This document shows, piece after piece, positions 27,545 to 40,539 of a stretch of 64,000 nucleotides of DNA (the stretch's first letter is position 1; the number at the start of each line of letters is the position of its first letter). The position numbers and the translations under genes were made by a program. The notes below the pieces were generated by a model. That model made no database searches and was not told the origin of the DNA. It saw nothing but the letters and a program-made list of their open reading frames with translations. The DNA comes from Eledone cirrhosa (lineage: Eukaryota), in contig OZ024745.1 in the NCBI GenBank assembly GCA_964016885.1, positions 117,738,001-117,802,000 of the forward strand, written 5' to 3'.

Positions 27545-28446
27545 TATGATGGCTGAAAACTCTGCGAAGAGTATTGCAATCGCATGTCAGATTCAGATGT
27601 GTGATGCTCGGATATGGCTTTTCAAGCCTGCTAGAGACTTGCACTCCTTCGCACACTGACGACAACTATGGATCTCCCTGGCCTCATGTCTTGCATCAGG
27701 TTGCCTGTGAACCTTCACAATACCGTGGAGATCATAGTTCACTGGTTCTGTTTGAACATGATTGCGTCTGTAGCTCCTGAGACCAGATTTGCTCAAGCAA
27801 ATTTTTCCACACTCAGGGCACTTCAATTCAATGGAAACACCGATCCTTTCGAGAGATACACCAGGGCATTGCTTACGAAAACCCCCGTTTGATCTTCTCA
27901 CGCTCTATGCGTCTGTCCTGAAAATTATAGGCCCCATCACGCCAAGTTTCTCTTTCAAGAGCTTCTATCTTCCAGTTTTTGTAAAATCAAGTAAAGTTCT
28001 TACATTCCAGCATCCAATATTCAGAGATTTAAACCTCTTTGCAGTTGCAGGATGACGATCGGGCCCACACTGCGGTGCCATGGGACACCTGCCGGACCAG
28101 ATTCCTTCACAATAAGTTCCAGAGCCCTTACTGCCATTGACTTGAAGTTCATCATTTGTCATCATAGAGTTTAGTGCACTTTTAGGCTACGGCCAGCCAC
28201 ACAAACCTGTAACATATCCTGAACAAGCAATGCCTGTGCTTTGAAGGTTTTTTAAGTGGGGAAAGGCCTTGCACTCGACCATTCCCACTCTCTGAGCATC
28301 GAAAACCTTTGCTGGGTCTTGTATTTCATCCCGCAGGGTGTCAAAACATCATCCTCCTCACCAAGAAAGTGTTGTGGGGTTGCCGGTTTAGTCGTCGATG
28401 ACCCAACCATGAGACAGGTTGTACTGTATTACATGTTACCAGTAAC
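27545..28446 (-). mobile_element. Internally deleted RTE derivative
   Basis: 5' UTR, endonuclease start LNIGCWNVRTL, junction near 27965, then ERETWR and C2H2-type CPECGK and CRQCAK...H...H, with (TATG)n tail. Confidence 0.85.
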
Positions 28447-28487
28447 ATACATACATACATGCATACGTACATACATACATACATACA

Positions 28488-29013
28488 TGAAGGCTGCAAA
28501 CTCTGCTAAGAGTATTGCAATCGCTTGTCAGATGACAGAAAATGGTACACTTTTAGGCTACGGCCACCACACAAACATGTAACATATCCTGAACAAGCAA
28601 TGCCTGTACTTTGAAGGTTTCTTAATTGGGGAAAGGACTTGCACTCGACCAATCCCGCTCTCCTAGCATCGAAAACACTACCCGAAAAGGAGGAGAACTG
28701 GTCAACATCATCGGATGCTTCCGAAGCCGCAGGTTTTTCTTTTCAGAGTTTCCCTCTCCTAGAAAGGTGTTGTGACACCAACTGGGAGCCTTTCACTCCC
28801 AGGTGGGAAAAAGAGTATTATTTGGATGGCTGTTGACTCTGCTGAGTTCCTCCGCCCTTTGCCCGGTCTTGTTTTTCATCCTGCAGGGTGTCCAAATATC
28901 ACCCTCCTCACCAAGCATGCTTGGTGGGGTTGTCGGTTTAGTCGCCGACAACCCGACTAAGAGACAGATTACAATGGGTTACATGTTACCATTAGCACTC
29001 GAGAGCGACCTGA
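28488..29013 (-). mobile_element. Non-autonomous RTE-derived element (UTRs only)
   Basis: Shares both ends with 27545-28446 and is colinear with 55980-56588; flanked by (CATA)n. Confidence 0.85.
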
Positions 29014-29360
29014 CATACATACATACATACATACATACATACATTCATAATACATACATGTGTACATACAGACATACATACAGACATATGTACATACATA
29101 CATACATACACACATACATACACACATACATACGTATATATGGCAAATAAACGAAAAGCAAAAGTGATATTTTTATAAATAGTCTGTGAAATATTTCTAC
29201 ATAACAGTAAACCATCAATTATCCGAACGAGTACTTTGTTCGGATATCTGATCTGAAACAAAGGAAGCAATATAGAATATAATTATTTTATTTTAATGGC
29301 ATGTTTACAAAATCTTTTAGTTTTAAAATGTTAAACACCCTGTTCAATCTTGGATAATAT

Positions 29361-29695
29361 GCGGCGAATTGGCAGTCGTTAGAACGTCGGATATAATGCT
29401 TTGCAGTATTCATTCCGACTTTCTACTCTCTGAGTTCAAATCCTGCTGAGATCAACTTTGCCTTTCATCCATTGAAGGTCGATAAAAACAGTACCAGTCA
29501 AATACTGACGCTCAATTCTGTCTCTATATCTCTTTCTCACTTCCTCTCTCTAACTCTTTATCCTTATCTGGAAGAAATCTGCTATATTCAGACTTGGAGA
29601 GGATAGGGCCCCACCAGGTTTTTAAAAAATGCCCTAGAAACGCCGTATGTCAATATAGCGACCCTACGACTCCCTCAAACGTTACGAGATCATAC
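29361..29695 (+). mobile_element. tRNA-derived SINE, long-tail subtype
   Basis: GCGGCGAATTGGCAG head, GAGTTCAAATCC, core and long tail. Confidence 0.8.
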
Positions 29696-29764
29696 ATTTA
29701 ATCTTGGATGCCTTTCAAATTAGTCCACAGGAATTTTAAAGAAATCCAAAACATTTTTTATTCA

Positions 29765-29960
29765 AATATTGTCCACCCAACGCAGCTGAAATGAACTGCA
29801 GGAAGATATGGAGCGACTGTTTTATGATCTGTTTGCTGTTCGAGTCCCTGAATGGATTGTCAACCTTATTATTGACATATGTGGGGAAGAGAGTGGAGAG
29901 TTAGAAAATGAGCTGATAACTCTTCAAAATGATATTGAGTTGAAGCCTAAATTCCGGAAG
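29765..29960 (+). mobile_element. hAT (Buster/Charlie-like) transposase fragment
   Basis: LQEDMERLFYDL...PEWIVN...ELITLQNDIELKPKF resembles the segment before the hAT dimerisation domain. Confidence 0.6.
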
Positions 29961-30269
29961 TGTATTTTTGCATATTTCTTTCTTGTTGGTGTATGAGTGC
30001 CTGTGATATGAACTTCCGACCTCTTCAAAGAATCTCTCTCCTCGATTCTTTCACTCTATTACATTTAAAGTCTAGGTAAGTGGATATCTTAATTCTTTAA
30101 AAAAAAAAAAAAAAAAAAAAAAAGAATTCCAGCTAATTTTGTCTAATTCTGTTTTGTCATCAGAAATATTATAAACATTTTAATTAATGTTAATAATTCC
30201 ATTTATCAAAATCTAAGGAATACTATTTAAACTTTTCAACACACACTTGTGTAGGTGTGTGCACACACG

Positions 30270-30344
<75 letters not shown>

Positions 30345-30425
30345 CACACATACACACGTATGTAGAAAAGTCTCTTTTTGGGCGGTGGATTAGGAGGTGC
30401 CATGAATTTATAATTTATAATACTA

Positions 30426-32420
30426 CTAGCTGGCCCCGTGCCGTCAAAGATGACGGCTAAATGTAGTATTTTATATATAAAAAGGGTACAAAACCAAGTT
30501 TTTAGTTTAATAATTATTTTATTACAATTTTTTTTGTGAAAAATCTATCCGCAACTAACATGTCTTGGCTGCTTGTTTCCTTCAAAAGAATTTTAAAGTT
30601 TTCCTTCCTTGTACAACTTAAGGCCACATAAAACTGGCCGTGACTAAATAGGGGAGCCGGCAAGTATATACCAACCTTTTCGAAGCTTTGTCCTTGCGAT
30701 TTGTTTATGGTCATGGCAAAAGCTGATATCACAGGGAACTGCCGTCTGCTCATATTGAAGGGTAGATATGTTTCACTCGGACGCAGCTGGTATGAAAGCT
30801 TCATTTCTTTTTTTACTGCCAGTAATAATTTTTGCATGAATATAAAATTCATTAGAAGATAAAACCAAAAATCGAGTACCATTCAGCAATCCATTAGCAG
30901 GATCCAAATTTCTCAGCAAAATCACAATGGAATTTTTCTTCAGTGTTAGATTGTATGGGGGCATGGCTGACGGCATCAGAGAATTCCAAACCTTTTCCAG
31001 ATAATTCATGATGTTCTCGTCACTTTCATCAACCAACACATCAACACTTTGATATATCTGTAAGTCTCCACCTAGAAGTCATAATATCTTGGTATTCAGT
31101 TCGATTGAATCTTTGGTTTTTGGTGTTAAAATAATTTTTATCGAAATTTCATCAATATCGCCGATACTTCAGGTATTTCTATTAGATCTTCATCTAAACC
31201 CACATCATTAGTGACTGTTCCATTTCCTATGCGTTGAATTCTTCTTATCCATTTATTCGCATAGTCTCAGTTAATGTAAAACTTGTCACATCTGTCCACA
31301 GAAGAGAATATTTTATAGAAGATTCAATTATAGCAGCATTTGACTCTTTTGGAATAACCGGCACAGTTTGCCTAAAGCCCCCCCCCCCCTCGAAGGAGAA
31401 CTTTACCGCCGTAGATCTTTAGCAGTAGATGAATGAATGCACCTCAATGCATTTCCTGAAAGCATTGATGCCTCATAAATTATTATTAGGTCAACTAATT
31501 TTAATTTTTCAGAGCGCTGTGATGGAATCTTCATTAGTGATGTAGAATTTTCCAAGATAGGGACTGGCAGCTTAAAGCCACTGTGTACAGTTCTTCCTTG
31601 GTGTAATAGATCACCCACAATGTCTGCAAATGAGAGAACATGCTTTCCTTCTAGACTCAAATGTGATATCGAGGTATTGTAGAGGTACGTTTTTCCGGTA
31701 CCACCAGGACCATCTAAGAAGAAACATCTGCTGGGTCGGTGTTCTTCATCAATAGCTGTGACAATTGGATCAAACGCACGACACTAATTGTCTGTCAAAG
31801 AGGTAATTTGTGCTTCCATCCAAGGTCGTCCTGGATTTGTTCTACATTCTGGGCATTCACCAAAGGCATATCAACAATCGGAATATGCAAATCTCGGCAT
31901 GTGAAACCTTGCAAGGACATTGTTGTTTCAATTTCTCGTAAAGCTAGTGTACTGGGATTTTTCAAGTGTGATGTCTAAGGAAACTTCAGTCAAACTTTCT
32001 TCAAACTTGTTGAACAGTACGTCAGGATTGACTGTATTATTGAAATTGCAAATAAGTGCAAACAACTGCCGGAGCTGCTTTGGCATATTTGTTGAAGAAG
32101 CCTCTTCTAAGCATCTTCTCCATTCATTATCATTTTGAACTAATCGCCGGTGTTCTGCTGCTTTTCTATAGCTGCCACATATGATCTCATCCACGGTTTT
32201 CACTTCTTCGAAACTTCGAGCTCCTTTAACGCGCAGCAACAAAAGTCTCATGTAAAATCTTTCCTGATACTTGGAGTTGACAGAATACATTCGACTTATG
32301 ATTTTGTCAGCTCCACGTTGTCTGCGAGTCCACTGCAATTCTTATTGTAGACATAATGATAAGGGATGTCTACATATAGATATTGTCTTGCATTTTCATC
32401 ATTTTGGTTGAGCAAAAACC
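30426..32420 (-). mobile_element. Helitron 3' portion: decayed Pif1-type helicase and canonical 3' end
   Basis: [59 protein letters not shown]; terminal hairpin GCCGTCA/TGACGGC (30440-30457) then CTAG|T at 30426. Confidence 0.93.
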
Positions 32421-32761
32421 ATGCTGTTAGAGGAGTGTTGTATTGCACAGCTCTTTCTAGCGCTTGTCTTTCTACCCCCTCTTCAAAATATACTCTTCAT
32501 GCAGGAGGTGAACAGGAAGGCGAATAATGGCGTAATAATTATCTTTTTAAGTGTGTCTGTTTATATATATGTATGTGTAAATGCGCGGGTCTCTCTAATT
32601 CTATTGTCTATGAATCTTTCTAAATAAACATACACAAACACATATACACTCAAATATTATATATAAATATATTTTACACAAACAGACATATACACACACA
32701 CACACACAAATATTCACATAATCATAACAACCAATGTGTGTAGCCAATTCGCTATACACAT

Positions 32762-32845
32762 AGATACACAGACGCCGTTTTCTGGAGTTTGATTATAGCC
32801 CCTTACTTCGTTAGGTTGTCATCACCCCTCCTTCGTCAGTTATCT
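32762..32845 (-). ncRNA. Degenerate type I hammerhead motif
   Basis: CUGACGA, GGAG/CUCC stem II, GAAA-ACGGCGUC, distal AGAUA/UAUCU stem I with a bulge. Confidence 0.45.
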
Positions 32846-32887
32846 TTTGTGACGGACAAAAACACAAGAACCTTATATATTAGTAGA

Positions 32888-33108
32888 AAGCGGTGGATTA
32901 GCAGGATCGGTAGAGTGTCGGACGTCATGCTTTGTAGCATAGAGTTATGGCCCTTTATGATGTCAGTTAAAATCTCGTCGAGGTTAACTTTGCCTTTCAT
33001 CCTTACAGGGTCGATAAAATAAAGTACCAGTCACGCCCTGGGTCGATTTAATCGACTTTCCTCTCCCCACCAAACAATTGCTGGCCTTGTGCCTATATAA
33101 GAAACCAT
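32888..33108 (+). mobile_element. tRNA-derived SINE
   Basis: Core GCCTTTCATCCTTACAGGGTCGATAAAATAAAGTACCAG and tail. Confidence 0.85.
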
Positions 33109-33169
33109 TATATATTAGTATATTATAGTATTGTATATATATGTTATAATAGTATATTAAATATCAAAT

Positions 33170-34030
33170 GATACATATATATAAAATTAAGTATGTGTGT
33201 GTGTGTGTGTCTGTGTGTCTGTGTATTACCTATAGGGGCCAACATCTTACGACCGATTTTCATGAAACTTTACAGGCTCATAGATTAGTCAACGGGGAGT
33301 GTTTTCTATATATCAGCGTATCGTTTATTTTTATTCCGGGGTCATTCTGCAGATAAAAATCGATAGGGGGGGGGTCACCTTTTTTTAGGTATCGAAAAAT
33401 AAGATTTTTGGCTCTCATTTTGCTCCCACATTTTGCCACCAATTTCGTTCAAATTTTAAAGAAGAATAGAATTTATCATTTCACATCCTGTAATGGCTTT
33501 ATATTTTGCATTTGTTGTTCAGGGACAGCGTGGCAGCCGCTTAAATATTAAAAAATACCACTTTTAGACTCAGATTTACACTTTTTCAGCTCTAGCTCTC
33601 ACATTAATCAACCTACTTTGTTCAAATTTTACACTACGTTAGATCTGATTATTTTACGTCGTAAAATGGCTTTACATTTTGGATTTTTTGTTCAGGAACA
33701 GCGTGGCAGGCGCTTAAATATTCGAAAATACCACCTTTTCGCTCAAATTTCCGCCTTTTGGCTCTAGCTCCCACATTTTTTAACCGATTTCTTTCAAATT
33801 CGAAACTTCGGCTCCACCTCACACATAAATCAATTTATTTGGTTCAACTTTTATACTACGATAGAACCTATCATTGCATATCTTATAGTAGCTTTACACT
33901 TTGCATTTTCTTTTGTTTAGGGACGGCGTGGCAGCCGTTTAACTCTTCAAAATACGATTTTTACCACCTCCCACATATTCCATACGATTTCACTCAACAT
34001 TTCGCCATTTGCTACACCTAACGACCGATT
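33170..34030 (+). mobile_element. Probable non-autonomous Helitron-like element with about 175-bp internal repeats
   Basis: TATATATAAAA-(GT)n-ACCGATTTTCATGAAAC start; three copies of ...GGAC(A/G)GCGTGGCAG... near 33525, 33700 and 33925. Confidence 0.55.
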
Positions 34031-34126
34031 TTCTTCTCTTTGTTTTGTGTCTCTCCTTTGTTCTGTCCTATGCCATCAAGATGGCGTAGGACAGAACACA
34101 GGAGAGACACAAAACAAAGAGAAGAA
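34031..34126. repeat. Near-perfect palindrome, 47-bp arms, 2-nt loop
   Basis: 34031-34077 is the reverse complement of 34080-34126 with 2 differences. Confidence 0.95.
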
Positions 34127-34132
34127 TCCTCA

Positions 34133-34175
34133 GTCACTGAAGAGGTCACAGAATGTGTGACGAAAGAACGTTGAC
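34133..34175 (+). ncRNA. Minimal hammerhead motif, cleavage-site U substituted
   Basis: GUCA-CUGAAGA-G-GUCACA/UGUGAC-GAAA...UGAC. Confidence 0.5.
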
Positions 34176-34343
34176 AATATATGAACAACCGTCCGGTTGT
34201 GGAACCAACCAACCAACCAACCGGAAATTTATAAATTCTTAAATTTATAAATTTAATTTATAATAAATTGGAGTGAAAGCAACTGGTGCGTGTGTTTTTT
34301 ATTGGCAACATGACCCTCCCAAAGTATAAAAATATATATATAT

Positions 34344-34403
<60 letters not shown>

Positions 34404-34454
34404 GAAATAAAAATGGCGTAGGTATTACAGTACAACGGGAGAAAACATAATAGT

Positions 34455-34496
34455 ACCCCTGATGATGTCACAGATGTGTGACGAAAGAACTTTGAT
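34455..34496 (+). ncRNA. Minimal hammerhead motif, stem I degenerate
   Basis: CUGAUGA-U-GUCACA/UGUGAC-GAAAGAACUU; same stem II as the 34133 motif. Confidence 0.5.
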
Positions 34497-34533
<37 letters not shown>

Positions 34534-34681
34534 CTGTATTTTTAACCTTTGGTCAATCAATTATAAACATTGATTGCCAGATTAACTATGGCGATATAAA
34601 AGACACAGAAGCGAAAACCAACCCAAACCAAACAGTGAGTGTGTTCTGTCATATTATAACAATATGACCCTCCCCATGTAT

Positions 34682-34756
<75 letters not shown>

Positions 34757-35077
34757 TGGAAACAGCACGGAAAATATATTTAAAGGTCTGTTTTTCTATT
34801 TATTCCTTTCGTGAAAGTGACATTATTGAATCAATGAGAGGGACAATTCTTTAAAAAAAGTTTTATAAAGTATATAAAGTATATAAAGTATATAATGTAT
34901 ATAAAGTATATAAAGTATATAATGTATATAAAGTATAACCGGTTTTCGTGCATTAGTAAAATTCAACTTATCAAATGTTGAGTATTACAATTAAGATTTA
35001 GATTAAGAAGTAAGTTATTTTCATCTTCTTTGTTGAGAAGGAGACTGGAAAGTGAACTCTTGTGTATATATAGAGAG

Positions 35078-35183
<106 letters not shown>

Positions 35184-35186
35184 GTG

Positions 35187-35217
<31 letters not shown>

Positions 35218-35220
35218 GTG

Positions 35221-35259
<39 letters not shown>

Positions 35260-35355
35260 GTGTATATATATATATATAGAGAGAGAGAGAGGTATATATA
35301 TATATATATATATACATACACATATATATATATACATACATACATACACACACAC

Positions 35356-35466
<111 letters not shown>

Positions 35467-35640
35467 CTAGCAGTGTATCCCGGCGTTGCACGGGTAAGAA
35501 CATTGGTAATAGCATCTCAAATGAGAAACGTTTATTTGTGAGTGCCTGTTAAAAACTCACGAAAATATACGGACAGGAAACTTGTTTTATTTGGAGAAAA
35601 TTAAGAAGTTGAAAGTACAGTTTAACTGTCTACGTGCATT
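35467..35640 (-). mobile_element. Helitron-type terminus; second copy at 40406-40529
   Basis: CCCG...CGGG hairpin beside CTAG|T, abutting (TA)n; body shared with the 40406 copy. Confidence 0.6.
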
Positions 35641-36641
35641 AGTAGAGTTGTTAAAGCTTAGGAAAAAGGCCTCGTTAGCTTTGTTTCAGCTCTCTGCCCT
35701 CTGAGTTAAAATACGAGTCGATAAAATATTGTACTAGTGTAGGGTGTTAGTTTGGCACCATTTTTAGAGTGGTATTTTCTCCGGCTTTTCACATTCTAAG
35801 TTCATGGACAGTAGCTTTAATCCATTGTCCGGTTTAACACAAACATATGTTCCTTAGGTTTTGTTAGCGTAGTTTATTCTGTTTCAAGCATTCCAGCTAA
35901 ATCCTTGGCTTAAGGATAATTTCGTCCCTTCCTACCACGAATCTCGAAGATCCTGAAAGAAAAATAAAAAATAAAGGTCATGGGCACTGCCCTTCTCTCA
36001 CTGTCTAAACGGTAATACACAATACATACATAGTTACACACAGACGGGCGCGTGCGCACACACACACACATACACAGACATACAGACACACACACACACA
36101 CACACTCATATATATTTCTTCGGAAAGACAAGAACTGATTTTAAAATGTGAAGAAAGATTTATGGTTCCTCCTTATGAAAATAATATTGTCGCAAAGACA
36201 TTCTATCAATCACTGTTGCTAGAAGGTAGAGAGAAGGATAGATAGATAGAGAGGGAGATAGATAAATAGATAGAGAGAGGGAGTGAGGGAGATAGATAGA
36301 TAGATAGATAGAGGGAGAGTGAGAGGGGGAGGGATAGATAGATAGAGAGAGAGACAGAGAGAAAGTGGGGGCGAGATAGATAGATAGATAGAGTGAGAGT
36401 GAGGGGAGAGAGGGAGAGGGGAAAGATAGAGAGAGGGGGAGGGAAAGATAGATAGAGCGAGGGGGGGGGGTAGAGATGTACCAAAAGATACACAGAGATA
36501 AATAGATATGCATATATCTATATCTACAGTTCTAGTCCTGTAGAAGCCATTTCTATATTAAATTTGTTGTATACACTCTACTAATGTATTGAATAACTTA
36601 CTTACTGTGGTTACCCCCGATTGAACCCGGGACTCACAATT

Positions 36642-36716
<75 letters not shown>

Positions 36717-36719
<3 letters not shown>

Positions 36720-36844
36720 TGTTTCCGAAGAAGACGGTTTGATCGTACCTATATAGGAGAACTGATAGTATACAGTTGTATAACTGCTATAGATCAGACA
36801 ATATGTCAATATGATCGACCCTCCGAAACGATCGTAAAACAATG
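36717..36844 (+). ncRNA. Type I hammerhead motif with about 95-nt stem II; core U4 to C
   Basis: 8-bp stem I CAUUGUUU/AAACAAUG; CCGAAGA; long branched stem II; GAA-ACGAUCGU-A. Confidence 0.65.
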
Positions 36845-36934
36845 ATATGAATAGGTAACGTAACTTGACTTTGTTGTTTTTATTTTCATTGTTAATTTAA
36901 TACCTAATATATATATATATATATCTATATATAT

Positions 36935-37747
36935 ATATCAACTAGAAATTGATTGACATATATATCTAAAATAAACATATGAAACAATCACAGGGAATAA
37001 TTTGTAAAGTGTGTAAGCACATACAGCTAGGTAGGTAACTAATTAAAGTTTAACTAGAACTTCAAATATAGATACCTTTTCAAATGATTAATTTCCTTTG
37101 TATATATTTCATTAAAGAAATATATTTTACCATCAATCGGTAAATCACAGTAGTCAAATTCCGCATTTTCAACAAGGGAGAAGATTTAACTATCTGTGTT
37201 TACACAGCAAATGCAAATCTGTGAATGACTCGTAGCACGTGTTGCATTTTTTAAAAATACACACATGGTACCAGCGTCATCCCAGTGGCATGAATAGGAT
37301 TATCGACAGCTACAAATAGCAGCCGAGTCCTTTCAACTGAGTTAGCTTTACAATTAAGGGGCCGTATATATATCCAAAATTAAATTAAGGGTGTCATGTC
37401 TGAGAGACATATGTCATATCCACTGTAGAATATGCTCAAAGATTCCAATGAATAGATCAGACCATTTTATATCAACTAGAAATTGATTGACATATATATA
37501 TATATATATATATAAAATAAACATATGAAACAATCACAGGGAATAATTTGTAAAGTGTGTAAGCACATACAGCTAGGTAGGTAACTAATTAAAGTTTAAC
37601 TAGAACTTCAAATATAGATACCTTGTAAAATTATTAATCTCCTTTGTATATATTTCATTAAAGAAATATATTTCATTGGAATCTTTGAGCCAATTCTACA
37701 GTGGATATGGCGCATGTCTCTCAGATATGACACCCTTAATTTAATTT

Positions 37748-37760
<13 letters not shown>
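36935..37760. repeat. Interleaved direct (about 190 bp) and inverted (about 88 bp) duplications
   Basis: 36935-37128 repeats at 37468-37673; 37365-37452 is inverted at 37672-37760. Confidence 0.9.
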
Positions 37761-37781
<21 letters not shown>

Positions 37782-38769
37782 TTTTCTATAAATTCGTTTT
37801 GCAAGATTCTTGATGTGAAATGTATTGCAACAGAAAGGCATTCAACACACACGCACAAACACACACACACTCACAGACACACACACACACATACAGACAG
37901 ACAGACACACACACACATATATATATGTGCATTCACCAAGTTTTAAATGCATATATATATATACACACTGGAAATAAATCTTGATATATCCCAGAGCTTG
38001 TCTAATAGCAGAAAATCACCAAAGAAGAAGAAAAGACATTACCAAACAAAATATCGTTGTTCCTGAAGAATGGAGTCCCTTGAAGCTTCTCTGGGACAAG
38101 ACTTACGCTACTCTCTTCAACTTATTTCAATTCATACAAGATTTCTGAGCAGAACAAATAAGGTTTTGGCAGCAGTTATTTAACATGAAACCCCTAATTA
38201 GTTCTCTCTCTCCTTATACACAAACATACATTCATGCACACACACATGCACGTAGCGTATGCGTACACACATATATATGCATATATACACACATATAACC
38301 ACATACAACGCGTACACTCATACATACACACACTAAAATTATGCAAATTAGTATCCCCAGTTCTGCTGTATATTAATTATTCAGACACGACCAACTAACA
38401 CGGTTAATTAACTACACCGGCTAAATATACTAAACTTCTATACCAGTTTAATTAATTAATGTAAATCAATATTACTAATTAAGGAAACTAACTAAACTGA
38501 CATGATCACACACGCACACACAGACATTCAAACGCAGACACACACACATATACACACAGGCACACATACGCACACACATACATACATAGATAAATACACA
38601 CATACAGACACACACATACATACATACAGATAAGCACACACATACAGACATACACACACACATACATATATACACAGAGACACACACGCATACACAAACA
38701 CAGTCACACACACATACATAGATACACACACGCAGACACAACCCCCCCACACATACAGAACTACCACTG

Positions 38770-38813
38770 CGAACTGACGAGCAACTTCCTCAGTGAAACG
38801 TATGTCGTATTCG
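38770..38813 (+). ncRNA. Minimal type I hammerhead motif, intact core
   Basis: CGAA/UUCG stem I; CUGACGA; 2-bp stem II; GAA-ACG-uaugu-CGU-A. Confidence 0.65.
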
Positions 38814-38869
38814 ATATATGAAATGTGTATTTAACCAAAATGTATCCCTCTACCAACTTTGGATATTAT

Positions 38870-39177
38870 TTAATGAAATTCCCTACACTACATGGCTCCA
38901 AGACCTCAACCTGCTTTGCAGATTCTTCGCTCCAGCACCCCGTGGAAGTTTGACAAATTAACTTGTGAGCGTTCTGTATATCTTCGTGTCTTACACAGCA
39001 ATTACATAACCCACCTGGAATAGATATACGTGAACTGGATAATTCTTTGAAGAACATTCACACCCTTTCCAACCGGACTTATTAGAAGCTCCTACTACAA
39101 TAAGCAGAGGACGCAGTCAAGCGTTTAAGCTGCAAGGCACTGGTTTTCGACGGGAAAATTACAGGATCAGCCGACAT
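38870..39177 (-). pseudogene. Possible decayed DNA-transposon N-terminal zinc finger (Chapaev-like, tentative)
   Basis: AAAATG start, then CVLC and PGGLCNCC separated by stops or frameshifts. Confidence 0.25.
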
Positions 39178-39197
39178 TTTTAGCCTTAACTCTAGAA

Positions 39198-39415
39198 GAG
39201 GCATGAGCAACCTTTTTCGAGAAGCGGGGCGCATGAGATATGGCTCATTATCAGGCGGGCTGCAAGCGCTAATTTACATTCGTGCCCACATTAAAAAATG
39301 ATAGAAAGATAAATTACGACTGAAAAGTTAGGGTAAAAAAATCAGAAAGATTTCACTTAGGTGACTTAGGCGAGCCATTCAGATAGCTTCGTGGGCCGCA
39401 GGTTTCCCATGATTG
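39198..39415 (+). mobile_element. hAT-type MITE, internally deleted copy of the 9151 family
   Basis: GAGGCATGAGCAA...TTCCCATGATTG. Confidence 0.85.
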
Positions 39416-39434
39416 GTGTATAATCTCGACTCAT

Positions 39435-39680
39435 AACTCCTTGTGAAGTCGTAGGGGGTGCCGTAGTGACACACGGAGGTTCTTGGGCATTTTTTAAACC
39501 TGACAAAATCCATTTCCTCACCAGATCTGAACCAGGCGATTTCTTTCAGAGGAAGAACGGATGCCATTATTGGACTAATATTTTTTTATAGAGCTGAAAT
39601 GGAAGAAAGGCAAAGTTGACCTCGGTAGGATTTGAACTCGGAGAACCAGAATAGATATTCGACGTTCAAACAACACAGTT
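39435..39680 (-). mobile_element. tRNA-derived SINE, long-tail subtype, degenerate
   Basis: GCCGTAGTGACACACG tail and GAAAGGCAAAGTTGACCTCGG core. Confidence 0.7.
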
Positions 39681-40314
39681 AATTATATATAACGTTATTT
39701 AGAGTGTGTTACGTAATTTCCATTATACAATGTTGTATATACGTGAATGTGCATCTGTGGATGTCGTCCACTAATCTTTTTTCTATTTTTGTTCTGCTCT
39801 TTCTCTATCAAACCACGTTTGTTCTTATTTCTTTTCGATATATTTACACTCTTTTCCACCATTTTCTCTCCAACACATTCTCTACTTTCTCTCATCCTCT
39901 TTCTTATGTTCTCTTCCATTCTGCATGAATCCATCTTTTGATTTCATCTTCTACATTATCTCCTCTTCCGCACCCTATCCCTCTTAACACAACCCACCAC
40001 GGCCTGACATTTAGAATAAAACAGATTAGAGATTCGAAATCATTAACAAAGAAATACAATAATCTAAAGTAAACATGGATTTGTAACAAATAACAAAGAA
40101 AATGGCGATATCAAATGGTTGGATTTGATATGGGAAATCTATAATGGTTGATATAACGTTTGTATCGGAAGGTCTTATTGACATATGGCTTTGTGGTATC
40201 AAGCAATGAATGGAACAACATTACATACACATACACATGCACACACAAACACACATGGGCGCACATAAATGTACATATATATTTACACTCACACATATAT
40301 ACAAATGCATAAAC

Positions 40315-40374
<60 letters not shown>

Positions 40375-40539
40375 AATGCATAAACACATTATATATATAT
40401 ATATACTAGCAGTGTATCCCGGCATTGAGAAACGTTTATTTGTGAGTGCCTGTTAAAAACTCAGGAAACTTGTTTTATTTGGAGAAAATTAAGAAGTTGA
40501 AAGTACAGTTTAGCTGTCTACGTGCATTGTTCATAGAAA

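Noticed and set aside
30120-30170. Minus-strand CTGATGA (similar weak cases near 2910-2955 and 16545-16610)
   Set aside because: Core bases are altered and the stems are too weak to support a call.
30514-31740. Host PIF1 helicase gene
   Set aside because: Frameshifted, intronless, preceded by Rep sequence and followed by a Helitron 3' end.
38060-38205. CTGAAGA-ATG...CAT-GAAA possible long hammerhead
   Set aside because: No stem III, cleavage triplet or stem I complement.
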